A stretch of 64,000 nt of DNA from Eledone cirrhosa (GCA_964016885.1 OZ024762.1:20956001-21020000); one strand, 5' to 3'. Positions 42,267 to 55,149 are shown, counted from the first letter of the stretch. Numbers and translations: made by a program. Notes: generated by a model not told the origin, from the letters alone.

Positions 42267-42421
42267 TGAACCACTGATTATTTTCTCCGGTGGAATGCCC
42301 TATGACAAAGTGGGACGTACACCTAGTATTACGGTGATGAACGGAAAAAGTATTACAGTGCTTGAAATGGAACACAACATTGTGGATTTTGTAGTGTTGT
42401 GTGAAACCCCTTGGCAAAATG
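42267..42421 (+). CDS. STXBP5: Tomosyn exon F (LLGL-domain region)
   Basis: ttccag|...|gtaaca. EPLIIFSGGMPYDKVGRTPSITVMNGKSITVLEMEHNIVDFVVLCETPWQN. Phase 2 to 1. Confidence 0.95.
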
Positions 42422-42874
42422 GTAACAAATATTTTCACATTTCTTGGTGTGTGTGTATGTGTATGTGTGATAATTTAGATGTGAGAAGGCACTAGTGGAA
42501 ATACATGCATGCACACACACACACACACACACCAGTTATTAGTTTGTGTGTGTGTGTGTGAAATAATCTATATGTTGGGAAAGCATCAGAACAAACACAC
42601 CTGTTACAGATTTGTGTGTATGTAAATTTGTGTGTGTGTGGCTATATACTGAAATAAGTATGCAATTATAAAACACAAAATCATTGAGGCTTACCCACCG
42701 ATACAGGGTTGGGAACCCACAATTAATAATAATAATAATGAAATTATTGATGTACAGGGCTCAGGTGCACTACAACTCATCAAAGGTGCATGTATAGTAC
42801 ATTGAATAATGTACAAATGTCAGGAAGGTGAACTGTATATTTTGGTTGCCATGATAACATACATCCATCCCAGT

Positions 42875-43225
42875 TAGTACAGTGGTAGTGCTGGTGCCAC
42901 AATAAAAAAAATACCCATTACATCCTGTAAAGTGGTAGTGCCAGAGTTATGATAAAATACTCCCAGTACATCCTGTAAAGTGGTAGTGCCAGAGTTATGA
43001 TAAAATACTCCCAGTACATGCTGTAAAGTGGTTGTGCTGGGGTTATGATAAAATGCTCCCAGTACATGCTGTAAAGTGGTTGTGCTGGGGTTATGATAAA
43101 ATGCTCCCAGTACATGCTGTAAAGTGTTTGTGCTGGGGTTATGATAAAATACTCCCAGTACATGCTGTAAAGTGGTTGTGCTGGGGTTATGATAAAATGC
43201 TCCCAGTACATGCTGTAAAGTGGTT
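42875..43225. repeat. 48-bp minisatellite derived from retroposon tail sequence
   Basis: Unit cccagtacatgctgtaaagtggttgtgctggggttatgataaaatgct, running into the GTTGGCAT..GGAA tail motif. Confidence 0.85.
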
Positions 43226-43405
43226 GGCATGAGGAAAACCATTCAGTCTTAGAAAAGAAACCTAAAATGGAATGTATGAGCAAAACATGGCCACCTAAGC
43301 AGTCTAGCCTCTCATCCATGTAAGCATGGAGAATAGATGTTAAATGGTGGTGGTGATGATTATGATGGTGATGTTGTTAATTAATTTAAACTTTGTTTAT
43401 TTTAG

Positions 43406-43478
43406 ATTTTCAGGTACCCTATGCCATTGTTGTACTTCTTCAAAATGATCTAGTTGTTGTCGACCTCACTGTCCAAGG
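43406..43478 (+). CDS. STXBP5: Tomosyn exon G
   Basis: ttttag|...|gtaagt. (D)FQVPYAIVVLLQNDLVVVDLTVQ(G). Phase 1 to 2. Confidence 0.93.
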
Positions 43479-43639
43479 GTAAGTTTGGTTTTGTTGTTAT
43501 TGTTATTTCATAAATTATTTAACCCTTTTGATACTAACTCACCCACCTGAAGCTATCCCTGGTTCTATCTATGTTACAAAACTGTCCCATTTAAAGTGTT
43601 CATATTTACATCAAAGCATCCCTTCATAATTATATCCTA

Positions 43640-44095
43640 ATAATAATAATGAAAATAATGAAAATAAATGTGTACAGTGCTCAGGTGCACTACAACTCAT
43701 CAAAGGTGTATGTATAGTACATAGAATAATGTACAAATGTCCGGAAAATGATCAGTGTATGAGTCATGATATACACACAGATACATGCAGGCGTGTGTAT
43801 GGAGGGGGAATATTAGGTGTAGTGTTGGCAAATTTCGGGAAGCATGGATGTTTTAAAGTATGCAGTGTCTCGACAGCTAACAACTGATGCAGGTAGTTTG
43901 TTCCATGCTTCAGTAACTCTGAGCGTGAAAGAATGTTTCCGAAAGTCATGGGAACTGTGCTGCTTTCTGACTTTGTAAGCATGTCCACTGGTGTTAGACA
44001 CATGGAATTCAAAAAGGTGCTCAAGGTTGTTGTTGGCAAGATGTTTAATAATTTTGTGGGTGTCTACCAAGTCAGTTGCCAGACATCAGAGATTT
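43640..44095 (-). mobile_element. CR1-clade LINE 3' end
   Basis: TSGHAYKVRKQHSSHDFRKHSFTLRVTEAWNKLP (CR1 TRGH...F..RV...WN.LP motif) plus an (ATT)n tail. Shorter copies lie near 42725, 51610 and 53141. Confidence 0.88.
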
Positions 44096-44515
44096 AATGT
44101 GAGAAATTTTAAAGTTATGTTCCAAACACTAACTTAGTGAATAAAAAACCTTGGCATTCTATTCATACTAAATACAAAATTCTTGATTATTTTCAATATA
44201 AATTGAAAAACAAATATAGGTAGTGTATTTCATTAGAAATATGGTAATGAGGGGGTTAATGGAGGAAAGGGCTGTGCCCATGGCCCTCACAGACTGTTTT
44301 GTGCTTAGTCGATGTTCAATTTAAAGGTGTCTAGGTGAGTGTTTATAAGAAAAGTGTGGACAGGGAAGAATTTCCAATGGGTTGCATCTCTGGGGTAGAC
44401 AGACTGGATGTGGTGGGTTTTGTGTTAGCAATCCAACATTTTTAATATATTTTTGCAATCCACAAATTTTACATTTTTAAGAACTTTGCAGAAAAGTGAT
44501 ACAATTAATGAGTGC

Positions 44516-44700
44516 AGTGGATTGGCAGTATCGGTAGAGGGTCGGACACCATGCATTGAAGCATAGAGTTACGTCCCTTTACAATCTGAGTTCAAATCCC
44601 GCCGAGGTTGACTTTGCCTTTCATCCTTACGAGGTCGATAAAATAAAGTACCAGTAATGCACTGGGTAATTGCTGGCCTTGTGCCTAAAGTAGAAACAGT
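44516..44700 (+). mobile_element. SINE family A, near full-length copy
   Basis: Same tRNA-like head and body as 1126-1525. Confidence 0.85.
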
Positions 44701-44910
44701 TATTGATGTAGATTTATATTAAATTAACGAATGTACTGAATGAAACTACAAAAAGCCACAAATTGTTAATAAATCTAATCAAATTAACTGAATAAATTCA
44801 ATAATTTGATGTTTGAATAGCAAAAAAAATCTCTGCCAGATTATATTGGGAATTATCTTTATATAAATAGATAGAAACCACATCAAAGGAAGGAAGACAA
44901 ACAATGAATT

Positions 44911-45558
44911 GTAGAGCCAGTGTTGAATGTTGTGAAGAGAAATATAATGAGATGGTTGGGTCATGTGTTGAGGAAGGATGGAAGTAATGGGAATAGAGCC
45001 AGTGTTGAATGTTGTGAAGAGAAATGTAATGAGATGGTTGGGTCATGTGTTGAGGAAGGATGGAAGAAATGGGAATAGAGCCAGTGTTGAATGTTGTGAA
45101 GAGAAATATAATGAGATGGTTGGGTCATGTGTTGAGGAAGGATGGAAGTAATGGGAATAGAGCCAGTGTTGAATGTTGTGAAGAGAAATGTAATGAGATG
45201 GTTGGGTCATGTGTTGAGGAAGGATGGAAGTAATGGGAATAGAGCCAGTGTTGAATGTTGTGAAGAGAAATGTAATGAGATGGTTAGGTCATGTGTTGAG
45301 GAAGGATGGAAGTAATGGGAATAGAGCCAGTGTTGAATGTTGTGAAGAGAAATATAATGAGATGGTTGGGTCATGTGTTGAGGAAGGATGGAAGTAATGG
45401 GAATAGAGCCAGTGTTGAATGTTGTGAAGAGAAATGTAATGAGATGGTTAGGTCATGTGTTGAGGAAGGATGGAAGAAATGGGAATAGAGCCAGTGTTGA
45501 ATGTTGTGAAGAGAGATGTTATGAGATGGTTGGGTCATGTGTTCAGGAAGGATGGAAG
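44911..45558 (+). repeat. 82-bp minisatellite, about 8 copies, derived from LINE RT coding sequence
   Basis: The unit translates GIEPVLNVVKRNIMRWLGHVLRKDGS (LINE RWxGHVxR motif). Confidence 0.9.
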
Positions 45559-45896
45559 TGACAATTTTTGCCATTTCTCAGACATAAAATAGTGGGGTGG
45601 ACTTATATTCAAATACCGTATTTCCCAGCGTCAAAGGCGCTACTTTTTTTTCCTAAAATAAGTCTAAAAAATCTACCATATGTCCTGCAGGCCAAAGGTT
45701 GTTTATTTTTTTTCATATTTTTGGTTGTCAAAATTAGGGTGCGTCCTCAAGGACAAAGCATCTTTGGCGCCAGGAAATATGGTATATATGGTACATTATT
45801 TCAATTTTTTCTTTTAAGAAAATGTTTAATGTAAAAAAAAAAAAAAAGTGCTTGAAATAATGTTTTGAAATATTTTCAATTCCCACATTTTTGCAG

Positions 45897-46044
45897 CTAC
45901 CCGTGCTTTGAAAATCCTTATCCTATGGACATTCATGAGTCTCCAGTAACTGCTTGCCAGTACTATGCAGACTGCCCTCCAGATCTAATACCTGCCTTCT
46001 ACTCTGTTGGATCAAAACAGAAAAAAACTGGTTTCAGCGAAAAT
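45897..46044 (+). CDS. STXBP5: Tomosyn exon H
   Basis: ttgcag|...|gtaagt. YPCFENPYPMDIHESPVTACQYYADCPPDLIPAFYSVGSKQKKTGFSEN. Phase 2 to 0. Confidence 0.96.
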
Positions 46045-46070
46045 GTAAGTTCTTTGTTGACTTTTTATCT

Positions 46071-46297
46071 TTAACCCTTTAGCATTTACATTAATCTATA
46101 TATACTATTGTATTTTCACAGTAAAGGCTTTATCTTACATAATATCTCACATAATATCGAATCTATGAGATTTTAATGTTATTTATTTTGAGAACAATAC
46201 CTTAACGTAATATGAGCGGCAAGTTACGGCCGGTTTAAATAGAAAAAGGTGAGAGAATTCTGGCCAGATACGGCCGGTTTAAATGCTAAAGGGTTAA
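46071..46297. mobile_element. piggyBac-like MITE (TTAA target, TIR CCCTTTAGCATTTA)
   Basis: TTAA-CCCTTTAGCATTTA...TAAATGCTAAAGGG-TTAA. Related copies lie near 3780, 13551, 25444, 33092, 34630 and 61000. Confidence 0.85.
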
Positions 46298-46394
46298 GCT
46301 GTTATTCTAACCGCCAGCTTAATAAGAAGAAAGTTAGTTATGATACTAGATTACTTCAAATTCTTGATTATATTAAAAACTATTTGAAAATCAT

Positions 46395-46990
46395 AGTGTC
46401 TTTGGTCTTTGAGGTCATGTTGCTCGATGGACTGCATAGCCAGGAGATCAGCGTTGCTCCAAGTAGAGCTAATACTTCTCCAAATTGAGGGATCACAGCT
46501 CCGATACTATGGGCATGTGATTAGAATGTCTCAGGAAAGAATCGCTGGACAAATTTTATGGACAAAACCGGCCAGCACGAGCCCCAGGGGTAGACTCTGA
46601 GCAAGATAGTTGGATAACATCCATGAGCTTGGTTGCTCTTGCTTGGGGATCCAACTGGATCAATTGCAGATGGTTGCTGCTGAGAGGACCCACTGGAGGG
46701 AGTGTTTGAGGACTCTTCTCCTATGACCCTCTCAGGAATAAATGGCCAAAGAAGAAGATATTGCCTTTCAGGAAAGAATCGCTGGACAGATTTTATGGAC
46801 AAAACCAGCCAGCACGAGCCCCAGAGGTAGACACTGAGCAAGATAGTTGGATAACATCCATGAGCTTGGCTGGTTTTGCTTGGAGATCCAACTGGATCAA
46901 TTAGAGTTGGTTGCTGCTGAGAGGACCCACTGGAGGGAGTGTTTGAGGACTTTGTTCCCAGGAATAAGTGGGCAAAGAAGAAGATATCGT
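46395..46990 (+). mobile_element. LINE 3' fragment (RTE-like) with an internal ~240-bp duplication
   Basis: QLRYYGHVIRMSQERIAGQILWTKP...RGR. The segment from TCAGGAAAGAATCGCTGG occurs at both ~46531 and ~46768. Confidence 0.75.
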
Positions 46991-47056
46991 CTTTCATTAG
47001 AAATATCTCAATGAAAAAGTTGACTAATTTTCTGTTATGATTCTTTGTTGTTGCAG

Positions 47057-47124
47057 GGATGGCCAATAAAAGGTGGTGAATGGGGAACAACAACTTGCAG
47101 CTACCCTGAGATAATTTTAACTGG
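47057..47124 (+). CDS. STXBP5: Tomosyn exon I
   Basis: ttgcag|...|gtaatt. GWPIKGGEWGTTTCSYPEIILT(G). Phase 0 to 2. Confidence 0.94.
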
Positions 47125-47588
47125 GTAATTATCTCTTTACACCTATTTTTAATTGCTAGAATTTTTCTTAACATGCTGACTCATTCATGAGTATATTATT
47201 ATAAACATACAAACATAGACACACTTACAAAAATACACACAAATACACATACGTTCACACACATTCATACAAACACACACAGGGTCGATAACATAAAGCA
47301 CCAATAACACACTGGGGTCGACTTAATTGATTTTCGCCTCCCCTGTGTGTGGGTGTAGGTGTGTGTATGTGTGTGGGTGTAGGTGTGTGTGTGTGGGGGT
47401 GTAGATGTATGTAGGTGTGTAGTTGTGTGTGGGTGTGTGTTTACGTATGCAGGTGTGTGTAGGTGTGTGGGTGTGTATGCAGGTGTGTATATGTGTAGGT
47501 ATGTATGTATGTATGTATGTATGTGTGTATATGTGTGTATATGTGTATATATATATATGTGTTTAGGTGTACATGTATATGTATGTAG

Positions 47589-47626
<38 letters not shown>

Positions 47627-47751
47627 TTTAGTACAGCATTAATATATATGTAGGTGTATATATGTGTAGGTGTGTATATATATATATATATATATATATG
47701 TAGGTGTGTAGGTGTATATATATGTAGGTGTGTAGGTGTATATATGTGTAG

Positions 47752-47783
<32 letters not shown>

Positions 47784-47881
47784 GTAGGTGTATATATATG
47801 TAGGTGTGTAGGTGTATATATGTGTAGGTGTGTATATATATATATATATATATGTAGGTGTGTAGGTGTATATATGTGTAG

Positions 47882-47920
<39 letters not shown>

Positions 47921-48009
47921 GGTGTGTATATGTATGTATATGTGTAGGTGTGTGTATATATATATATATATATATATGTAGGTGTGTATATATATATATA
48001 TATATGTAG

Positions 48010-48046
<37 letters not shown>

Positions 48047-48529
48047 GGTGTGTATGTTATCAAACTTGTTACAAAATTGTATCAGTGATCACTGAAACAA
48101 CACTAAATATCAGACGTCATCAGTCTTTACAACCAACAGCTACGATAGCTTCTTCCACCTCTTCTTCTCTCTCTCTCTACTATCTCTCTTGTATAATCCT
48201 CTCTTGTATAACATAGCCCCCCCTCTCTCTCTCTCTACTATCTCTCTTGTATAACATAGCCCCCCCCACCCCTCTCTCTCTCTACTATCTCTCTTGTATA
48301 ACATAGCCCCCCCCCCACCCCTCTCTCTCTCTACTATCTCTCTTGTATAACCTAACCCTCTCTCTCTACTATCTCTCTCTATCTCTCTACTATCTCTCTT
48401 GTATAACCTAACCCTCTATCACTCTCTACCATCTCTCTCTCTCTATCTCTCTTGTATAATCTAACCGCTCTCTCTATCTCTCTACTATCTCTCTATTATT
48501 TCTCTCTCTCATCCTTTCTTGTACACTCT

Positions 48530-48615
<86 letters not shown>

Positions 48616-48949
48616 CTCTCTCTCCCCCTCTCTCTCGCAGTCTTTTTCTCGTTATTTTTCTCATGCTTTCTCTCCGTCTCTCTCTTTCCCTCTCTCCCTC
48701 TCACACAAATTCTTGTTCTCACCATAGCTTTGGCATATAAAAATTGTATCTATATATGTATATATATGTGTGTGTGTGAGTGTGTGTATAAATGCGCATG
48801 TGTGTGTATATATGCACATCTATGTGTATATATGTGCATATGCGTATATATGTGCATATGTATGTGTATATACATAAAATGATGATAGATAAGCCATTTG
48901 TCGTTGCAGAAATAAAAGGGTTTGAATATGAACAAGATTAAACCTCTCA

Positions 48950-51090
48950 CATCCCCTCATCTCCACTCCACTCTACCCTCCTTCACTCCACTCTACCCTC
49001 CTTCACTCCACTCCACCCTCCTTCACTCCACTCCACCCTCCTTCACTCCACTCCACTCCACCCTCCTTCACTCCACTCCACTCTCCTTCACTCCACTCCA
49101 CTCTCCTTCACTCCACCCCACTCTCTCCCTTCCACTCTTCTTCACTTCACTCCACCATCCCTCACTCCACTCCATTCTCCTTTCCACCATTCCACTCTAC
49201 CTTCCTCCACTCCACTCTACCTTACTCCACTCTACCTTCCTCCACTCCACTCTACCTTCCTCCACTCCACTCCATTCTCCCTTCCTTCACTCCACTCTAC
49301 CTTCCTTCACTCCACTCTACCTTCCTCCACTCCACTCTCCCTTCCTCCACTCCACTCTCCTTTCCTCCACTCCACTCTCCTTTCCTCCACTCCACTCCCT
49401 TTATATCTCTTAACCCATCAATACCATCCTTGATTACATCTCTGCCCCCCCCCCCCACCCCCTCATCGCCGCCGTCCCTCCAAATATCCATCCAATCACA
49501 TCCAACTATCCAGTACTATATATATCTCCTTCTTCCAACCAATATATATACCATCTAGTATCATAAACAAACACTAAAGATAAAGATACCATGACCCCTT
49601 GTGGAGTCGTAGAGGCACCGTCATAGTGGGTCTAGGACACTTTTAACCTTGGCGGCGCCCAACCCTCTCCAGCTCTGAACACAGCCGATTTTTTTTTTCT
49701 ATAGAGGGAGAATCAACCCCAGTACAGGTGGACTGGTACTTTTTTTTTTTTTATCAACCTCGCAAGGATGAAAGGCAAAGTTGACCGTGGTGGGATTTGA
49801 ACTCAGAATGCCCAATGAGGTGGAGGCGAATACCGTAAAGCATTCTATCCGATGTCTTAACGGCTCTACCGATTCGCTGCCTCGTAAACAAACACACCAA
49901 CCAAGTAAACGACACTAATCTAGTTAAAACAGAAACAAAACTCATCTTAATTTCATACATACATACATTTACTTATTAATCCTAATCCAATATTTTCTAA
50001 TTCACTTGCTTTAATTCCCAAGATATATCCACTTACTTGGGATATTTACATTTCCAACACTACCCCAGAGCACCACCACCACCACCACCACTCCCGCTCC
50101 TCACCAAGCCACTCTCTACCCCAGACCACCACCACCCCCTCTTCCCCCCCCATCACCAAGCCACTCTCTACCCCAGACCACCACCCACTCTGCCCCCCCC
50201 CCATATCCAAGCCTCTCTCTACCCCAGACCACCACCCACTCTGCCCCCCTCCCCATATCCAAGCCTCTCTCTACCCCAGACCACCACACCCTCTGCCCCC
50301 CCCCCCCTATATCCAAGCCTCTCTCTACCCCAGACCACCACACCCTCTGCCCCCCTCCCATATCCAAGCCTCTCTCTACCCCAGACCACCACACCCTCTG
50401 CCCTCTGCCCCCCCCCCACCATTTTTATGTTACCAACGCCATCTACCCCACCTTGCAGACTCACCCTCAGTTCTATTTTCGGATGATTTTCTCATGAGGA
50501 ATATTTCCTGGTCATTCCTCTTTCTCTTAAAACCACCATCACCACCATCACCATCATCACCATCATCACCATCACCATCATCACCATCACCATCATCACC
50601 ATCACCACCATCACCACCATCACCATCACCACCACCATCACCATCACCATCACCACCATCACCATCACCATCATCACCATCACTATCACCACCACTACCA
50701 CCACTACCATCACCATCATCATCATCACCACCATCATGATCGTTGTCATGGTGATGATCATTATCATCATCGTCATCATCATTGTCGTCATGGTGATGAT
50801 CATGATCATCATCATCATGATCATCATCGTCATGATTGTCACCATGATGATCACCATCATCATCATTATCATCATCATCACCACCATCATTATCATCATC
50901 ATCATCTTCATCACCATTATCATCTTCATCATCATCACCACCATCATCACCATCATCATTATCATCATGATTGTCACCATCATCATTATTATCATCTTCA
51001 TCACCACCATCACCACTATCACCACCACCATCACCATCACCACCACCATCACCACCACCACCACCATCACCATCATCATCATCACCCACA
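48950..51090. repeat. Low-complexity block: (CTCCA)n, a ~60-bp C-rich minisatellite, and a CAT/CAC trinucleotide tract
   Basis: Direct inspection. Source of the spurious Pro-, Asp- and Met-rich ORFs. Confidence 0.92.
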
Positions 51091-52104
51091 TATCTATTTT
51101 CCATGCTTCTCTGAGACTAGACAGACCAGTCAGTTTAAATGACTGTTTCTTTACTCAAATGTTCCATTTTTGCATGGTTTCTGCAGCTGGATGCTTTTCC
51201 TAACTCCCACCCTCTTACATGTGGAGGTGTGCATGTGGCCTAGTGGTCTGTCTGTGGCCTAGTGGTTCTGAGTTCAAATCCTGCCAATGTTAACTTTGCC
51301 TTTTATACCAGTGACACACTGGGGTCGATTTAATTAACTTTCCCCTCTCCCCAAATTTCTGACCTTGTTCTATAGTAGAAATGATTATTATTTTTAGGAG
51401 TAGTAATAATAATAATAATTTCTACTTTTTCACAAGGCCAGCAATTACCCAGTGCATTACTGGTACTTTATTTTATCGACTCCGTAAGGATGAAAGGCAA
51501 AGTTAACCTCGGCGGGATTTGAACTCAGAATGGAAAGGCCTGTAACTCTTTGCTGCAAAGCATGGCGTCCGACCCTCTACCGATACTGCCAATCCACTGC
51601 CCTTGTAGTAATAATAATAATAATAATGAAATTATTGTGTACAGTGTTCAGGTGCACTACAACTCATCAAAGGTGCATGTGTAGTACTTAGAATAATGTG
51701 CAAATGTCAGGAAAATGAACAGTGCACGAGTCATGAAATACATGTGTACATGTGTATGGAGGTGGAGTATCAGGTATTGTGTTGGTGAATCTCAGGAAGC
51801 ATGGAGGTTTTAAAGGATGCAGTGATGCAGGTAGTTTGTTCCATGCTTCAGCAACTCTGAGCTTTGACGCATAGAGTTACGGCCCTTGCCATTCTGAGTT
51901 CAAATCCAGCCCAGGTTAACTTTGCCTTTCATCCTTACGGGGTCGATAAAATAAAGTACCAGTAATGCACTGGGTATTTACTGGCCTTGTGCCAAAAGTA
52001 GAAACAATTATATCATTTACATTAGGATGCATACATTTTAAAGTAATTAAAAAAAAACACATTATATTCTTCGTAACTTTTTAATTTTAATATTTATTTT
52101 TCAG

Positions 52105-52145
52105 ACATGCCGATGGTTCAATAAAATTCTGGGATGCTTCAGCAG
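52105..52145 (+). CDS. STXBP5: Tomosyn exon J (41 nt)
   Basis: ttttcag|...|gtaaaa. HADGSIKFWDASA, completing the Lgl/tomosyn signature TGHADGSxKFWD. Phase 2 to 1. Confidence 0.94.
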
Positions 52146-52200
52146 GTAAAAATTTATTTAATGTACGAAGTTGAATTTTCGGCTTTTGAAGCGGTGAGAA

Positions 52201-52244
<44 letters not shown>

Positions 52245-52328
52245 TAACCCATGCTAGTGTGGAAGATGGTTGTTAAACGATGATAATGATGATATAAATA
52301 CATACATACATACATACATATATATATA

Positions 52329-52369
<41 letters not shown>

Positions 52370-52401
52370 TAAGATCAAAAGATGGTTAAATGAGTTCCAT
52401 G

Positions 52402-52472
52402 TATTTTATTATGCGCATTTCAAAAACAAATATCATCATGCAATAACATTTGTGTTTTCATCAGATAAAATA
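52402..52472 (-). ncRNA. Minimal type I hammerhead ribozyme (PLE-type)
   Basis: Minus strand: TATTTTAT-CTGATGA-[AAA C ACAAATGTTATT gcat GATGATATTTGT T TTT]-GAAA-TGCGCA-TA-ATAAAATA. Perfect 8-bp stem I, palindromic stem III. Confidence 0.88.
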
Positions 52473-52814
52473 GGAGGACATGATATGAAGGTTAAAAACA
52501 CTTGTGGATAGTGCACATTTAAATCAACATATTGAAATGCGCTGGCCTTGTGCCAAAAGTAGAAACAATTATTTTCTTCTATTTTTCTTCTATTTTTCAT
52601 TTACTTATTTACATTGCTTTATATAAACTTATTTTCTGTAAATAAATTCTTTCCTTTTCAAAATGATTTGAAAATTTTAAGCAGTATCTTTCATAATAAA
52701 TATGGTAACAAAATGGTTAAAAAACAAATCTATTTTTAATATTTCCAGAATACATCATTTAAAATCTTTTCAATTTTTCTTTTTTTTCTTCTTTTTTCTT
52801 TCTATCCTTATCAG

Positions 52815-53017
52815 TTACTTTACAGGTTTTATGCAAAGTAAAATCTGCAAAACTATTTGAGAAACCTAAATGTAAAAATTCTGACGGTAGTGATGATGAT
52901 CCGTTTGCTATCCAGACGATGCAGTTGTGTCGCGAGAGCCGTTTATTATGTGTCGCTGGTGCTACACATGTAATGCTCTTCAAGTTTGACAAACAAGAGT
53001 CTCAACATGAAGTCGTT
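52815..53017 (+). CDS. STXBP5: Tomosyn exon K
   Basis: ttatcag|...|gtaagt. (V)TLQVLCKVKSAKLFEKPKCKNSDGSDDDPFAIQTMQLCRESRLLCVAGATHVMLFKFDKQESQHEVV. Phase 1 to 0. Confidence 0.95.
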
Positions 53018-53339
53018 GTAAGTATTAACTATTATATTGGATACCTTCCCCATCATTCTAACCTCTCTCATTGGTCAATCACTGTTGACTCTAGCTCTTT
53101 CTTTCTTCTCTCTCTCCCTTTTCTCCCCCCCCCTCTCTCTAATAATAATAATAATAATAATGAAATTATTGTGTACAGTGCTCAGGTGCACTGCAACTCA
53201 TCAAAGGCACATGTATAGTACATAGAATAATGTAGATGCAGGTAGTTTGTTCCATGCTTCAGCAACTCTGAGCATGAAAATATGTTTCCGAAAGTCATGG
53301 GAGCTGTGCTGTTTTCTGACTTCTCTATATATATATGTA

Positions 53340-53384
<45 letters not shown>

Positions 53385-54535
53385 TAGGTAGTACAGTGAA
53401 ATACTGGTGTTTCTACCAAATCAAGCACTCTATACACAGGCAGAGTGTATATAATAGAAAAAAAACAAGGAAGTTTTGTTTACATATGAAAAATATTTAT
53501 TGTGTATCGACCTGTTACGCACATTTCGCTGAGGATTGGCTCAACGTGACCCATAGGAGTTATAGACCTGACTCCAGTATTGATCTGCTCATCCTATTGG
53601 TCACAAAATGCGTGTAACAGGTCGATATGCAATAAATATTTTTCATATGTAAACAAAACTTTCTCGTTTTTTCTATTATATATATATATATATATATATA
53701 TATTTAATATAATATATAGTAAAAGAACATTATCTTAACATGGTTGTATAAATATATTTGATATAATATATATTGTAAAAAAGAGCAACATGATCTTAAT
53801 GGGGCTGTATAAATATATCTAATATATTATATAAGAAGAGTATTTTAATATCGTTTGTGTAAATACACTTAATCATACAAGAAGTATGCTAAGAATTAAC
53901 ATGAAACACAAAACATTGTTCTATCAGTATGGATATTTAACACAGAGATAGGAATTTGTGTCAGATATTGATTAGAAATAAACCTGTTTAAACCAGTTTT
54001 AACTTTTGTACAATTTGTTGCAATAAGGGAAATGAATGGTTACCTCTAAATCAATATATAATCAATTATATCATTATCATTTTTATGTTTGCTTTTTTAT
54101 GCTGGTATGACTTTGATGAGGAACTTTTGAGACTATATTTTACAGCTGGATGCCCTTCCTATGACTAACCCCTCTAATCTGTCCTTTCTACATCCAACGA
54201 TATGGTGTACCTATCCTAAAAACTGAGATATATGCAGTAATATGTATATCATCAACAGTATTAACATTATTTGACATCTGTTTTCCCTGCTAGTAAAGGT
54301 TGGACATGTCATCACAGACTGGTCAATGTTTGAATTGGACCCACCAGGTAGGCCAGGGGGTGCATCATACGATTCCATGCTTTACCAAGTGCATTTTATC
54401 ATGGCATCAACACTAGGAAGTTTCTCGTGTCTTTAACAAACCTGAAGAGTCCTCCCAACTCTTTGTTTGGCATCTTTTCTAGCTCATCAACAGTAGAGAG
54501 GTTATGTTTAGGTCACGACTGAAGAGCCTTCCTGA

Positions 54536-54584
<49 letters not shown>

Positions 54585-54839
54585 GCTCTCTTTCTCTCTC
54601 TCTCTTTCTCTCTCTCTATATATATATATATGTTTGTGTATAGTGGTAGCTATGGTGCTTCCATAGGCGGTATGCCAAAATTAGCACTCGATATTCATCA
54701 GAGTAGAGTGTATAAATTATAAAGAAAACGAAAAATCAGTGATGCATCTGGACTTGGTTTATTTCGTGTTACAAATGTTTCGTCGGCAGGTAGCTCAAGT
54801 CATGGTCCTTGTGATAAAATTTGCTCCGGACATAACAGA

Positions 54840-54930
54840 CATGTCTGAAAGAACCCGCAGAAGTAGATTCAGCCAGATCCATACAAGGACCATGACTTGA
54901 GCTACCTGCCGGCGAAGCATTTGTAACACG
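54840..54930 (+). ncRNA. Decayed type I hammerhead within a fold-back element
   Basis: CATGT-CTGAAAGA-[aCC C GCAG..GTAG...CTAC CTGC C GGC]-GAAg-CATTTG-TA-ACACG, then AATAAA. The inverted arm retains GAAA-CATTTG-TA-ACACG. Confidence 0.55.
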
Positions 54931-54977
54931 AAATAAACCAAGTCCAGATGCATCACTGATTTTTCGTTTTCTTGATA

Positions 54978-55045
<68 letters not shown>

Positions 55046-55048
<3 letters not shown>

Positions 55049-55149
55049 GGGTGTCACAAAAAATATTTACACACTTTGATTACCTGTACAGGCAATATTT
55101 ATTAGAATGCTATTGATGTGTGTATACATTTTTTGGAAACACCCTGTAT
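55046..55149. mobile_element. ~100-bp Tc1/mariner-like MITE
   Basis: AAAGGGTGTCACAAAAAAT...ATTTTTTGGAAACACCCTGTA imperfect TIRs. Confidence 0.55.

Noticed and set aside
43406-43413. Second acceptor TTTTCAG inside exon G
   Set aside because: Use would delete 8 nt and shift the frame. Homology (DFQxPY) supports the upstream AG.
54640-54710. Minus-strand CTGATGA followed by a weak hairpin
   Set aside because: GGAA replaces GAAA and there is no stem I partner. It may be a relic but cannot be supported.
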